Assembly (NCBI GenBank): GCA_963809895.1
Contig: CAWELD010000003.1
Location: 3,232,001 to 3,296,000, forward strand
Direction: 5' to 3'
Source: an uncultured Gemmatimonadales bacterium
Lineage (GTDB): Bacteria > Gemmatimonadota > Gemmatimonadetes > Longimicrobiales > Gaopeijiaceae
Length of the DNA: 64,000 nt
Shown here: one piece after another, positions 27,555-37,199 of the stretch
Numbering within the stretch: the stretch's first letter is position 1
Layout of the letters: every line of letters starts with the position of its first letter
Translations under genes and position numbers: made by a program
Notes under the pieces: generated by a model
Databases searched by the model: none
What the model was told of the DNA's origin: nothing
What the model saw: only the letters and a program-made list of their open reading frames with translations

Positions 27555-29585
27555 ATGTGGACCCCAGTCGTGCATCTCATCACCCCCCGCCGGTCAGCGC
27601 TCATCCTGTGCGTTACCCTCGCCGCCTGCGAATCGACCCAACTCTCGTTCTACACCGCGGACCAGGCCGCCCGAGGCGCCGCCGTCTATGAGAGCCAGTG
27701 CTCGTCCTGCCACCAGCCGGACCTGAGTGGCGGAGGACTCGTCCCCGCCCTGGCGGGTGAGGGGGTGCTGGCGGGATGGGAGGACAGCGGCCTGACGGTA
27801 GACGACCTCTTCTACATCGTCCGCGCCAACATGCCGCCCGGGGCGTCAGCTTCGTTGAGCCCCGACCAACGCCTGGACGTCGTCGCCTACCTGCTTCAGG
27901 AGAACGGCCTGCAAGCAGGCGGCACACCGCTTCGGGCCGAGGCCGACTACCTCTCCGGTCTCGCCCTCAGGGCTGGCAACTCCGAGGCGTCCGGCGCGCG
28001 CGGTGAAGCTCCCACGTACATCGAAGGACCGGGAGGCACGAGCCCGCAGGGGTCCGCGCCCACGGCCACCGAATTGGCCGCGAAACGTACCGGTGACGAG
28101 GATTGGCTCTATCACACGGGCAACTACAGCGGGAGTCGCTATTCCGGCTTGCGACAGATCACCGCCGAGAACGTCGGCGACCTCGGGGTCGTCTGCCGCT
28201 ACACGATGGGCGAACAGTCCAACATGGAGACCGGCCCCATCGTGCATGCGGGCACCATCTACGTCACGACCCTCCATGAGACCGCGGCCATCGACGCCAC
28301 GACCTGCGCGGAGCGTTGGACCCACATGTGGGATGCGCCCGCGGGCGACGTGTGGGGCGTCAATCGCGGCGTGGCCGTATCGTCGGGACGCGTGATTCGG
28401 GGCACCTCGGACGGCTACCTCGTCGCCCTCGACGCCGAAACCGGGACTCTGTTGTGGGCGCGACAGGTCGCCGACGCGAGAAAGGGCGAGACCATCACCA
28501 TGGCGCCACTCATCTGGGAGGACCTGGTGCTGGTGGGTCCGGCGGGCAACGAGAACGCCGTCCAGGGATGGGTGGGCGCCTTCTCCGTCGAGGACGGAAC
28601 GCCGCTGTGGAAGTTCGATCTGGTGCCCGGCCCTGGCGAACCCGGCTACGACAGTTGGGACCACTCCAACGGATTTCCCATGGGAGGCGGGGCGACGTGG
28701 ACGCCCATGTCCATGGACGTGGATGAGGGCCTCGTGTTTGTCGCGGCAGGAAATCCCTCTCCTGACTTCCCCGCAGCGCTGAGGGGCGGCGACAACCTCT
28801 ATACCAACTCGGTGGTCGCCCTCGACGCCCGCACCGGTCAGCTCGTCTGGCACGAGCAGCTCGTCCCCTCGGACGACCACGACTGGGATCTAACGCAGGT
28901 GAGTCCCGCCTTCTCGGGCTCCGCCCAGGGCCAGAACAGGAAGCTGCTGGCAACCGTGGGGAAGGAAGGGGTGCTCCGCCTTCTGGACCGGGACGCGCAC
29001 CAGATCCTGTGGGAGACCGCGGTGACGACGCGTGAGAACGCGGATGCGCCCGTGACCGTGGAGGGGACGCATGCGTGTCCTGGGGTCCTCGGGGGCGTCG
29101 AATGGAATGGGCCGGCCTACAATCCGGCCACCCACATGCTCTACACGCCCGCCGTAGACTGGTGTGGAACCTTCTATGCCGCGGACACGGTCCGATATGT
29201 TCCAGGTGCCAACTACCTGGGCGGAACCTACATGGCCGATGCAGACGCGAGCGGTTGGCTCACCGCCGTCGATGTCGAGACCGGTGAGGTGGCATGGCGG
29301 TACGCCTCCCCGCGACCGATGGTCGGGGCGGTGCTCTCGACGGCCGGGGGTCTGGTGCTGGCCGGCGAGGTCACCGGTGATCTGATTGCATTTCAGGCCG
29401 ACTCGGGCGAGGAGTTGGCCAGGATCCCCACCGGTGCGCCCATCGGCGGCGGTGTCGTCACCTACGGGGTGGACCAGCGCCAGTACGTGGCGGTAGCGAC
29501 CGGAATGCCGTCCCCCTTCTGGGCCTCGGAGGATGTCGGGCCGCCGACGATCGTGGTGTTGGCGTTGGGCAGGGGGGGCCCCTGA
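27555..29585 (+). CDS. PQQ-dependent dehydrogenase with N-terminal cytochrome c (lipoprotein)
   Basis: LAAC lipobox, CSSCH heme motif, RYSGLRQIT..NV..L, GDNLYTNSVVALD..TG...W, DDHDWD, STAGGLV. Confidence 0.9.
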   Translation: MWTPVVHLITPRRSALILCVTLAACESTQLSFYTADQAARGAAVYESQCSSCHQPDLSGGGLVPALAGEGVLAGWEDSGLTVDDLFYIVRANMPPGASASLSPDQRLDVVAYLLQENGLQAGGTPLRAEADYLSGLALRAGNSEASGARGEAPTYIEGPGGTSPQGSAPTATELAAKRTGDEDWLYHTGNYSGSRYSGLRQITAENVGDLGVVCRYTMGEQSNMETGPIVHAGTIYVTTLHETAAIDATTCAERWTHMWDAPAGDVWGVNRGVAVSSGRVIRGTSDGYLVALDAETGTLLWARQVADARKGETITMAPLIWEDLVLVGPAGNENAVQGWVGAFSVEDGTPLWKFDLVPGPGEPGYDSWDHSNGFPMGGGATWTPMSMDVDEGLVFVAAGNPSPDFPAALRGGDNLYTNSVVALDARTGQLVWHEQLVPSDDHDWDLTQVSPAFSGSAQGQNRKLLATVGKEGVLRLLDRDAHQILWETAVTTRENADAPVTVEGTHACPGVLGGVEWNGPAYNPATHMLYTPAVDWCGTFYAADTVRYVPGANYLGGTYMADADASGWLTAVDVETGEVAWRYASPRPMVGAVLSTAGGLVLAGEVTGDLIAFQADSGEELARIPTGAPIGGGVVTYGVDQRQYVAVATGMPSPFWASEDVGPPTIVVLALGRGGP

Positions 29586-29683
29586 GGCCCGGAGAAGCCC
29601 GCCGGTCATCCGCAGCGGAGCGCGCGCGTATGCTTCTATAGTTCGCGCGTTTGAGCACGTAGTATGGCAGCCGGAGAAGAGCA

Positions 29684-30115
29684 TTGAGTCGAGGTTCTGA
29701 GCCTGGTGACCATACGCGGGCGATCGGCCGGAGAATACTGTTGATATCTCTCTTGGCGTGGCTCGCTTGCACGGATCCCCTGGCATCGAAGACAGACGGG
29801 ATGGCAGCCGTCTTCCCGGACTTCCCTCCGGTATTCGAGCTCGAGGGTCCCTCCGTCCTAAGCTGGCAATTCGCCTTCGGGACCGGCGCCTGTTGTGGGG
29901 TGGAGTCCAAGTTGGAGCGTGAGATCGAAGGGAACCTCGTGACCTTCGTCCCCCGATTCCGATACGTGCCGTGTGGGGATCGTTGTTTCGCATGGATCAC
30001 AGATGCGGGGGTACACGACTTCTCCGGTCACTCCGAGGTCCGCTTCCGCGTGATGGGGTGGGACGAAGACCGTAGGCTCGTGGAGAAATGGGACTCCGTC
30101 GTCCCCCTCCGGTGA
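29684..30115 (+). CDS. Hypothetical lipoprotein
   Basis: LLISLLAWLA-C. Confidence 0.55.
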   Translation: MSRGSEPGDHTRAIGRRILLISLLAWLACTDPLASKTDGMAAVFPDFPPVFELEGPSVLSWQFAFGTGACCGVESKLEREIEGNLVTFVPRFRYVPCGDRCFAWITDAGVHDFSGHSEVRFRVMGWDEDRRLVEKWDSVVPLR

Positions 30116-30670
30116 TGGGGAAGCACCAGAGTGCTCGAGAGATCTTCAACCGGTCGCAGGCGTGTCTGACGTCACTTCTCCTCTGTACCCTGACGGTCGG
30201 TTGGGGCTGTGAAGCCCGCACCGCCGTCTCACCCGGTCTCAGCGGAACCTGTCTCGCTCCTGAAGTCCAACATTGGTCGTGGAAGGCCACTGCCATGGAG
30301 CCGGCGCCCACGCGTCCACATCCCAAATCGCTGCCTCCGGGCGTGCCTGCAGCGTTCGCGTTGACAGATTCGGTCGGACACGGCTTGTTCGGGCGTATTT
30401 CGTCCGAGAAGTCTGGATGGAAGCTCACTTCTCCGGCCCCTGACGAAGTGGGAGTCAGGCGGAGAATACAGGGTGCGAAACTGGCGAGTTGAAGGTGACT
30501 CCCTTCATCTTTCGTGGTCGACCGGCTGGCAGTGGGCCACCGGTGAGTTTGTCCGCGTGGCGCACTCCAACTCATGGCAGGGAGAGCTCAGTTCGGATAC
30601 CGACGAGGTCGGTCCAGGCACCTGGGTCGGCTCAGCGATTCTCCGGGAGGTCGAATGCCCTCGACGCTGA
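30115..30670 (+). pseudogene. Hypothetical secreted protein, frameshifted near 30475
   Basis: ORFs 30088-30492 and 30473-30670 read as one protein. Confidence 0.45.
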
Positions 30671-30688
30671 GGGGCCGGGGGTCGAGCC

Positions 30689-30733
30689 GAAGACCCTGGC
30701 GGAGCAGGCGGCACTCGGCGTAACCTGCGAGTG
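30689..30733 (+). repeat. Motif copy D
   Basis: GAAGACCCTGGCGGAGCAGGCGGCACTCGGCGTAACCTGCGAGTG. Confidence 0.85.
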
Positions 30734-30837
30734 GCGCCGTTGGATGAGGCTGCGCCGACCAATCGCTTCCGCGGCACCAGCGAGCCCAGAAGCAGAGAGG
30801 CTCGGGGGGACTCGGGCAGGAACACAGGAGCTGAACA

Positions 30838-31494
30838 GTGGCTGTTGAAGCAGGCCCTCTGGTTCCGACCAGCGACGACGCACAGCACCGCGCGTACGTA
30901 AGAAGATTCGCCTGGATCGGCATTGCAGTGGTCATTCTGGCCTTGATCCCCGTGTTCCTCGCGATCGGTCAGGAGGAGTTTCGTACTGTCGGCTGGCTGC
31001 TCGCTCCCGGCGGCTTCTTGATCTTCCGGGCAATTCAGGCGCTCCGTCATCCCGAGCGCGTGGCGCGATTCCAGAAACGAGTGAAGACCGACCAACTCCT
31101 CGGCCCAGTAGTGCCGTACATCGAAGAGGGCCTGTCTGAGGCCAATAGGGCTAGCCGACGACTGGCCGTTCAGGACGCGCTCGACGCCATAGAGCGCCAG
31201 AGGGGTACTCTGCGCGGGTCGGCGGGCGGGCAGATCGCAGCCGGCATCGGGACCGTGGGGTGGCTGATTGGCGCCATCGTCTCTCTGGTCAAGCATGACC
31301 TGGCCTCGGCCGGCATCTGTGTCATCCCAGCGGTCGGATTCGGAAGTCTCTGGCTGTACCTGACCCGAGTGAGCAAACGACTCAAGAGTTCACAGGTTGT
31401 GCTCGAAGAGCAGCTGCGATCGCTGGAAGCACACGATGACATGCCGGCTGGGGGCCGTCTCAGCGGCCCGCAGACCGAACCTCCGGATTCATGA
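30838..31494 (+). CDS. Hypothetical membrane protein
   Basis: Four TM segments; RBS AGGAG. Confidence 0.7.
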   Translation: MAVEAGPLVPTSDDAQHRAYVRRFAWIGIAVVILALIPVFLAIGQEEFRTVGWLLAPGGFLIFRAIQALRHPERVARFQKRVKTDQLLGPVVPYIEEGLSEANRASRRLAVQDALDAIERQRGTLRGSAGGQIAAGIGTVGWLIGAIVSLVKHDLASAGICVIPAVGFGSLWLYLTRVSKRLKSSQVVLEEQLRSLEAHDDMPAGGRLSGPQTEPPDS

Positions 31495-31539
31495 GTGATC
31501 TCGGGGCCCCTGTGGAGTCCGACACCGGGAGGGGACCCA

Positions 31540-32172
31540 TCACGGCATGCGGACCATGGGCGGTTTGTGGAAGAGGCACCCCCCCGCTCCGATCACCAGC
31601 AGAGACATGACCCCGCAGTAGCGGTCGCCGTGTCCGGTCACGAGTCCCACAGGCCGGACACCGGTTGGGATTCGGAATGATCGAGAGGTGGCAAGCGACT
31701 CGCCGGGACCCAGGAGTGTGTCGAGGGGGATTGCGTCGCTCGCCACCTCGGGCGCGAACCGTCGCCCGTGCTCGTCAAGAAGGTAGATCCAGGCCCCCCG
31801 TGCCCGCTGGGATACGCGACGAGCGCGGCTGTAGAGGCGAAGGCCCACATCGTAGGAGAGCCCTGCGGGGGCGGACATGGTGGCGACGGTCACGGCCTCG
31901 ACGGTCAGACACCAGTCGTCGAAGCACCACGGCTCGCCCACGCGAACGACTCGCTGCGGCTTCAAGAAGGACACGCCGAGGCCAACCACGAGGTACCCGG
32001 CAACGGCGACCCCCAGGCAACGCAGGGCCCGGAACGACGCCCCTCGTCGTCCCACCAGGGCGAGTACCACCACCATCACCAGCGACACGGCCGTGGCCAG
32101 GACGCACACCAGAAACAGAAGGTCGAAGACGCTCACGGAGCGTACGAAACGCCGATCACGGCAAGATGGCAA
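31540..32172 (-). CDS. Hypothetical membrane protein (start uncertain)
   Basis: Two TM segments plus a soluble domain with CFDDWC. Confidence 0.65.
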   Translation of the reverse strand: MPSCRDRRFVRSVSVFDLLFLVCVLATAVSLVMVVVLALVGRRGASFRALRCLGVAVAGYLVVGLGVSFLKPQRVVRVGEPWCFDDWCLTVEAVTVATMSAPAGLSYDVGLRLYSRARRVSQRARGAWIYLLDEHGRRFAPEVASDAIPLDTLLGPGESLATSRSFRIPTGVRPVGLVTGHGDRYCGVMSLLVIGAGGCLFHKPPMVRMP

Positions 32173-32301
32173 GTCCAGGGTGAATCGCGTAGGGTACGGA
32201 AGACGGCGGCCCCGGACATTGGAGCGAGGACGTGATCCTCAGGCGATTCGCGTGTCCAGAGCCTTGGGAATCAGCGCGACAGGGGGAGTTGAGAGAGAGT
32301 C

Positions 32302-34794
32302 ATGGGGACCCTGACGTTCGACGTGCGCTACGCGATGCGCCGGCTCACGCGGGACTGGCGATTCACGATCCCCGCGGTGTTGGTGCTGGCGGTGGGAATC
32401 GGCGCGAACACCGCCATGTTCAGCGTCGTGAACCGGGCGCTCTTCAAGCCGCTCCGTTTCCGCGACATCGATCGACTGGTCAACGTCTACCAGAACCAGG
32501 GACGGGCCGCCGAACCCATCGGGAGCTCGTATCCCGCCTATCGGGACATGGCCGGCCTCACCGACGTCTTCTCGGGTGTCGCAGCCTTCTCGATGCCCCT
32601 GGGCACGCGGTACCTGATCGGCGACCGCATCGTGACGGGGCTCGTCGAATACGCCACGCCCAACTATCCGGCGGTGCACGGCCTGACCCCCGCGTTGGGG
32701 CGCTGGTTCACGCCCGAAGAAGACCGGCCAGACGCCAGTGTGGTCGGCGTCCTGAACCACCACACCTGGGTCTCGCGATTCGATGGAGACCCCGCGGTGG
32801 TCGGCACCTCCATCCGCATCGGCGGCGTACCGGTCACGATCGTGGGGATCGGACCCGAGGGCTACAGCAGCAGCCTGCACTCGAGCCTCGTGACGGACTT
32901 CTGGTTGCCCGTGTCCGCCACCGCCTCGGTGGGTGGATTCCAGGGGATGCTCGAGAACCGGAAGGGCAACGAGTTTCTGGTGCGGGCCCGCCTGCGTGAC
33001 GGCGTGAGCCTGCCCCAGGCGCAAGCCGCGCTGACGGCCCTCGGCGCCAGCCTGGCGGAGAAGTATCCCGGCGACGACCCCGGTCGCGGCATCTCCGTCA
33101 TCCCCACGGACGAAGTGCTGATCCATCCCCAGCTCGACAAGATGCTCGATGCGGGGGCTTCATTCCTGATGATCGTGGTGGCGATGCTCCTGACCATCGC
33201 CTGCACCAACCTCGCGACCTGGCTCCTGGTCCGGGGGATGGCGCGCGGGCGAGAGGTGTCGGTCCGACTGGCCCTGGGAGCGTCGCGGGCCCAGGTGGTG
33301 CGCCACCTCGTCGTCGAGAGCACCCTGCTCGCGGCGTTGGGGGGCGCCGTGGGATACGTCCTCGCCGACTGGGTGATGGGAATCGTGGCGACCCTGGACC
33401 TTCCCGTCGAGGTCGGCACGGGCCTCGACTACCGGGTGCTGGGGTTCACCCTGGCGCTGTCCTTGTTGACCGGGGTGGCATTCGGCCTGGCCCCCGCGCT
33501 CGCCGCGACCCGAGGCAGGCTGGCGCCCGCCCTGCGGGGCGACGGTGACATCGGGTCCAGCGGAGGCCGGAGATTCGGCCTCAAGCACGCGCTGGTCGTG
33601 TCGCAGGTCGTGCTCTCGTGCGTCCTGCTGGGGGTCGAGGGCGTCTACGTGCGTGCGCTCACGGCAACCCAGGACGTGGACCTCGGCTTCGACGTCGACC
33701 GCCTCGCGTTCGTCGAAACGGCGGCATCGTTCGCAGGGTACAGCAGCACCGAGGCCACCGCCCTCCAAGAGAACCTGCGGCAACGCCTCGCGGCGTCCCC
33801 TGGCGTCGAGTCGGCGACCCTCACCGTCGGCCCCCCGACGGGTTGGGACGGCAGCGGCGTGCCCATCGTGGACGGCTATCAGCCGGTCGATGGCGAGGGC
33901 TCCTATCTCCCGTGGATCTGGGCGGGGCCCGAATACTTCGAGGTCCTGGGGATTCCCTTGTTGCGGGGGCGCGCCTTCAGTGACGCCGATCGCGCCGACA
34001 CCCCGCGGGTCGCGATCATCAACGAGAGCCTCGCGCGCCGGTACTTCGGAACGTCCGACCCGGTGGGCCGGCGCCTGAGTGTTTCGGAGGGACCCCAGTC
34101 AGGCGACTCTGACGTGTCCGCCACGGACTTCGAGATCGTCGGCGTCGTGCCGGACGTGCGCACCTCGCTGGCGGATCCCCCGGGGCCGCTGATGTACCGC
34201 GCCTATCGCCAGGGACCAGCGAGTCCCACGACCGTGCTCGTGCGCACGAAGGGTGATCCAGCGAGTCTCCTGCGCCCCATGCGCGACGCGGTGCGCGAGC
34301 TCGACGAGGCCGTGCCGGTCATCTCGGCGACCACCCTGAGCAAGCAGGTCGCACGGGAGCTCGGGGCGGGGCGCACGCTGGTGTCGTTGCTGGGCGCACT
34401 CGGCGTGCTGGGACTCGGGCTGGCCAGTCTGGGGCTGTTCGCCGTGGTCTCCTTCGCCGTGTCGCGGCGCTCCCGGGAAATCGGGATCCGCACGGCGCTC
34501 GGTGCGCGACGGGCCGGGGTCATCTGGACGCTGTCGAAAGGCATGGCGACGCAGTTGGCGATCGGGCTGGCCGTCGGCCTCGCACTCGCGTGGCTGGCCG
34601 TCGGGAGCCTCGGGACGGTGGTGGCGAACCTGGGCCAGGCCGAGGGCGTGAACCTGAACTCCGCTCCCGCGCCCGACGCTCTGGCCTTCGGGGTGGTCGC
34701 GCTGGTCATGGCAGGCGTGGGGCTCGCGGCGACCCTCCTGCCTGCCTGGCGCGCGACCCGCCGCAGCCCGCACACGGTGTTGCGGGACCTGTAG
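32302..34794 (+). CDS. MacB/FtsX-type duplicated ABC permease (ADOP-like)
   Basis: DVRYAMRRL...LAVGIGANTAMFSVVN...IACTNLA...RRSREIGIRTALGA. Confidence 0.92.
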   Translation: MGTLTFDVRYAMRRLTRDWRFTIPAVLVLAVGIGANTAMFSVVNRALFKPLRFRDIDRLVNVYQNQGRAAEPIGSSYPAYRDMAGLTDVFSGVAAFSMPLGTRYLIGDRIVTGLVEYATPNYPAVHGLTPALGRWFTPEEDRPDASVVGVLNHHTWVSRFDGDPAVVGTSIRIGGVPVTIVGIGPEGYSSSLHSSLVTDFWLPVSATASVGGFQGMLENRKGNEFLVRARLRDGVSLPQAQAALTALGASLAEKYPGDDPGRGISVIPTDEVLIHPQLDKMLDAGASFLMIVVAMLLTIACTNLATWLLVRGMARGREVSVRLALGASRAQVVRHLVVESTLLAALGGAVGYVLADWVMGIVATLDLPVEVGTGLDYRVLGFTLALSLLTGVAFGLAPALAATRGRLAPALRGDGDIGSSGGRRFGLKHALVVSQVVLSCVLLGVEGVYVRALTATQDVDLGFDVDRLAFVETAASFAGYSSTEATALQENLRQRLAASPGVESATLTVGPPTGWDGSGVPIVDGYQPVDGEGSYLPWIWAGPEYFEVLGIPLLRGRAFSDADRADTPRVAIINESLARRYFGTSDPVGRRLSVSEGPQSGDSDVSATDFEIVGVVPDVRTSLADPPGPLMYRAYRQGPASPTTVLVRTKGDPASLLRPMRDAVRELDEAVPVISATTLSKQVARELGAGRTLVSLLGALGVLGLGLASLGLFAVVSFAVSRRSREIGIRTALGARRAGVIWTLSKGMATQLAIGLAVGLALAWLAVGSLGTVVANLGQAEGVNLNSAPAPDALAFGVVALVMAGVGLAATLLPAWRATRRSPHTVLRDL

Positions 34795-34843
34795 GCGCGG
34801 CACCAGAGACGGCGCCGACCGCCTGCACCGGCGAGGCAACGAT

Positions 34844-34879
34844 CTGGCGGAGTGGACCGCATCGAGCGTAACCTGCGAG
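34844..34879 (+). repeat. Motif copy E
   Basis: CTGGCGGAG...GAGCGTAACCTGCGAG. Confidence 0.8.
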
Positions 34880-34910
34880 GCGATCCCTCGGTCCGAGCTC
34901 GGGAGGCGAC

Positions 34911-36287
34911 GTGAGCGTTCGTCGGATGTTGGTAACAGCGGTCGGCGCCGTGTCCTTCTCCGCCGCGTGCGGCGACGGGCTGCGCGAAGCGGGCGAAGAT
35001 CCGGCTTTCACGGAGAGGGACAGCGCAGGCGTAACGATCGTCGAGAACGGGAATCCCACGATCGCTCCGGCAGCCCTCAGGGAGACGCTCCGGATCGGAT
35101 TCATGGACGGACCCCCGGAGTATCAGTTCGTCCGCCTGAGAGACGTGGCGATCGACCAGGACGGGACGATCTACGCCTTGGACCTGGGTACGGCCGACGT
35201 GCGTGTCTACGACGCGGACGGAACGCACCTGCGCACGTGCGGCCGCTCCGGGCAAGGACCCGGGGAATTCCGTTCACCGAACAGACTGTGGCTCCTGGGC
35301 GACACCCTCGTCGTCAGTGACCTGGACCCGGCGCGGCTCACTCGCCTCACGAAGCACTGCGACGTGATCGCGACACAATCGATGAGGGGGTCCAACCGCG
35401 ATCAACTCCTCCCACTCGGGGCCGTGCCCGGTGCCTGGTTGGCTATCCCCTTGCGATGGTCCACGGCTTTCAACTATCAGCCCGGCGTGGAGCAGAGGGA
35501 CACGACGCTCGTGCTGCGGGTGACTTCCTTCGGCGACGCTCTCGAGAGCATGCAATCCTCGGGCGACGTGCCCTTGGCTGGACGACCCGGCATCGGAGGC
35601 ATCGTCGTCCGGATGATCGGAGGTCGGCGAGTCGGCGTGCGAGGGACCATGCCAAGCCCTGATGGGACCACCCAGTCTCTGCTGACGGTGGCCACCCCCT
35701 TGTTCGAGCCGTCTCCGAACCGGGCAATCGACGGGCTGGGTCACCTGCATTACACGAGCGGCAAGACGTACGAGATCGAGACCTACGATTCGGACGGGCG
35801 CCTTCTCCGGCGTCTGCGCCGAGCATACGAGCCCGTTCCCATTTCCGAGTCTCTGATCGACCGCTTTCGCGATGCGCAGCGCAGCTACTGGGATACGGTG
35901 ACGATGCGTGGAGAATCGGGTTTGGCGAAGGCCAACGACGAGGCCCGGTCCAGCATGCCCACGGTCGCCTCGCTCCCCCCCATTTCTCAACTCCTGGCCT
36001 CGAGAGAGGGCGCACTCTGGGTACGGCGCGCGGACCTTCTCGACGACCCCCTCGAGTTGGAATGGCGCCGGCCTCCGCCACCGCGTCGAGGGACCATATG
36101 GGACCGCTTCGACCCGGAAGGGCGCTACCTCGGCTCCGTCGCCGTAGACGCGTCGCTGACCCCACTTGTGGTGGGTCAGGACTGGGTGGTGGGCATCCTC
36201 CGGGACTCCCTCGATGTCCAGTATCTCGCGCGCTTCGAGGTCGTCCGCGATCTGACCACTCGTGACGGGGAGTCCGGCGATTGGTAG
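34911..36287 (+). CDS. 6-bladed beta-propeller lipoprotein
   Basis: SAAC lipobox, RDSAGVTIVEN, GRSGQGPGEF, WDRFDPEGRYLG. Confidence 0.82.
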   Translation: MSVRRMLVTAVGAVSFSAACGDGLREAGEDPAFTERDSAGVTIVENGNPTIAPAALRETLRIGFMDGPPEYQFVRLRDVAIDQDGTIYALDLGTADVRVYDADGTHLRTCGRSGQGPGEFRSPNRLWLLGDTLVVSDLDPARLTRLTKHCDVIATQSMRGSNRDQLLPLGAVPGAWLAIPLRWSTAFNYQPGVEQRDTTLVLRVTSFGDALESMQSSGDVPLAGRPGIGGIVVRMIGGRRVGVRGTMPSPDGTTQSLLTVATPLFEPSPNRAIDGLGHLHYTSGKTYEIETYDSDGRLLRRLRRAYEPVPISESLIDRFRDAQRSYWDTVTMRGESGLAKANDEARSSMPTVASLPPISQLLASREGALWVRRADLLDDPLELEWRRPPPPRRGTIWDRFDPEGRYLGSVAVDASLTPLVVGQDWVVGILRDSLDVQYLARFEVVRDLTTRDGESGDW

Positions 36288-36504
36288 ACTTCGTCACGCA
36301 ATGGGTGTCGAATGGACCAAGCGCTCGGCCGGCGGAGCACTGTGTGCCCGTTCGAGCATCGTGGGCGTGCCGAATGCCACCCGTCGCTCGTGAGGCGTCG
36401 ACGCTTGATCCGTTCTTCACCTCCACCGGACGGACCGACGAAGGGTCGTATCCCGTCACCGAGCGAGACGCAGGACGGCGTGCCCTCTGCAGAGGATTCG
36501 CGAC

Positions 36505-37197
36505 ATGACACTGCACCGGGAAGTGCATCGGACCGCACGAATCGGATGGCTCCGCGCGGCGGTCCTCGGAGCCAATGACGGGATCGTCTCGACGGCCAGC
36601 TTGATCGTGGGTGTGGCCGCCGCAGCCGTGGACCAGTCGGGAATCCTGCTCGCCGGCGTGGCGGGGCTCGTGGCGGGAGCCATGTCCATGGCTGCCGGCG
36701 AATACGTGTCGGTCAGCTCGCAGGCGGACACCGAGGCCGCAGATCGGCGGCGCGAAGAGGCCGAGCTGGCGGCGGAGCCGGATGCGGAGCTCACCGAGCT
36801 CACCAACATCTACGTGAGCCGCGGCCTGGCGCCGGAGCTGGCGCGTGAGGTGGCCGTGCAGATGACGCAACGCGGAGCCCTGACCGCGCACCTCCGCGAC
36901 GAGCTCGGCCTCACGGAACTCCACGCGGCACGTCCCGTTCAGGCCGCGCTCGCCTCGGCGGCCTCGTTCGCCGTGGGTGCGACGATCCCGCTGGTGGTGG
37001 CGGCTGTCGCCCCGCTCTCGAGCGTCGTCCCGTTCGTGTCGGGCGCCTCGCTCGTGTGCCTCGCGACCCTGGGTGCCATCTCGGCCAAAGCCGGCGGCGC
37101 CCCCGTCCTGCGTGCCACGCTACGGGTGTGTTTCTGGGGGGTGCTCGCGATGGCGTTGACGGCCCTGATCGGTCGGCTCTTCGGCGCGGTGGTGTAG
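36505..37197 (+). CDS. VIT1/CCC1 family iron/manganese transporter
   Basis: GWLRAAVLGANDGIVSTASL...SMAAGEYVSVSSQAD. Confidence 0.95.
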   Translation: MTLHREVHRTARIGWLRAAVLGANDGIVSTASLIVGVAAAAVDQSGILLAGVAGLVAGAMSMAAGEYVSVSSQADTEAADRRREEAELAAEPDAELTELTNIYVSRGLAPELAREVAVQMTQRGALTAHLRDELGLTELHAARPVQAALASAASFAVGATIPLVVAAVAPLSSVVPFVSGASLVCLATLGAISAKAGGAPVLRATLRVCFWGVLAMALTALIGRLFGAVV

Positions 37198-37199
37198 GC

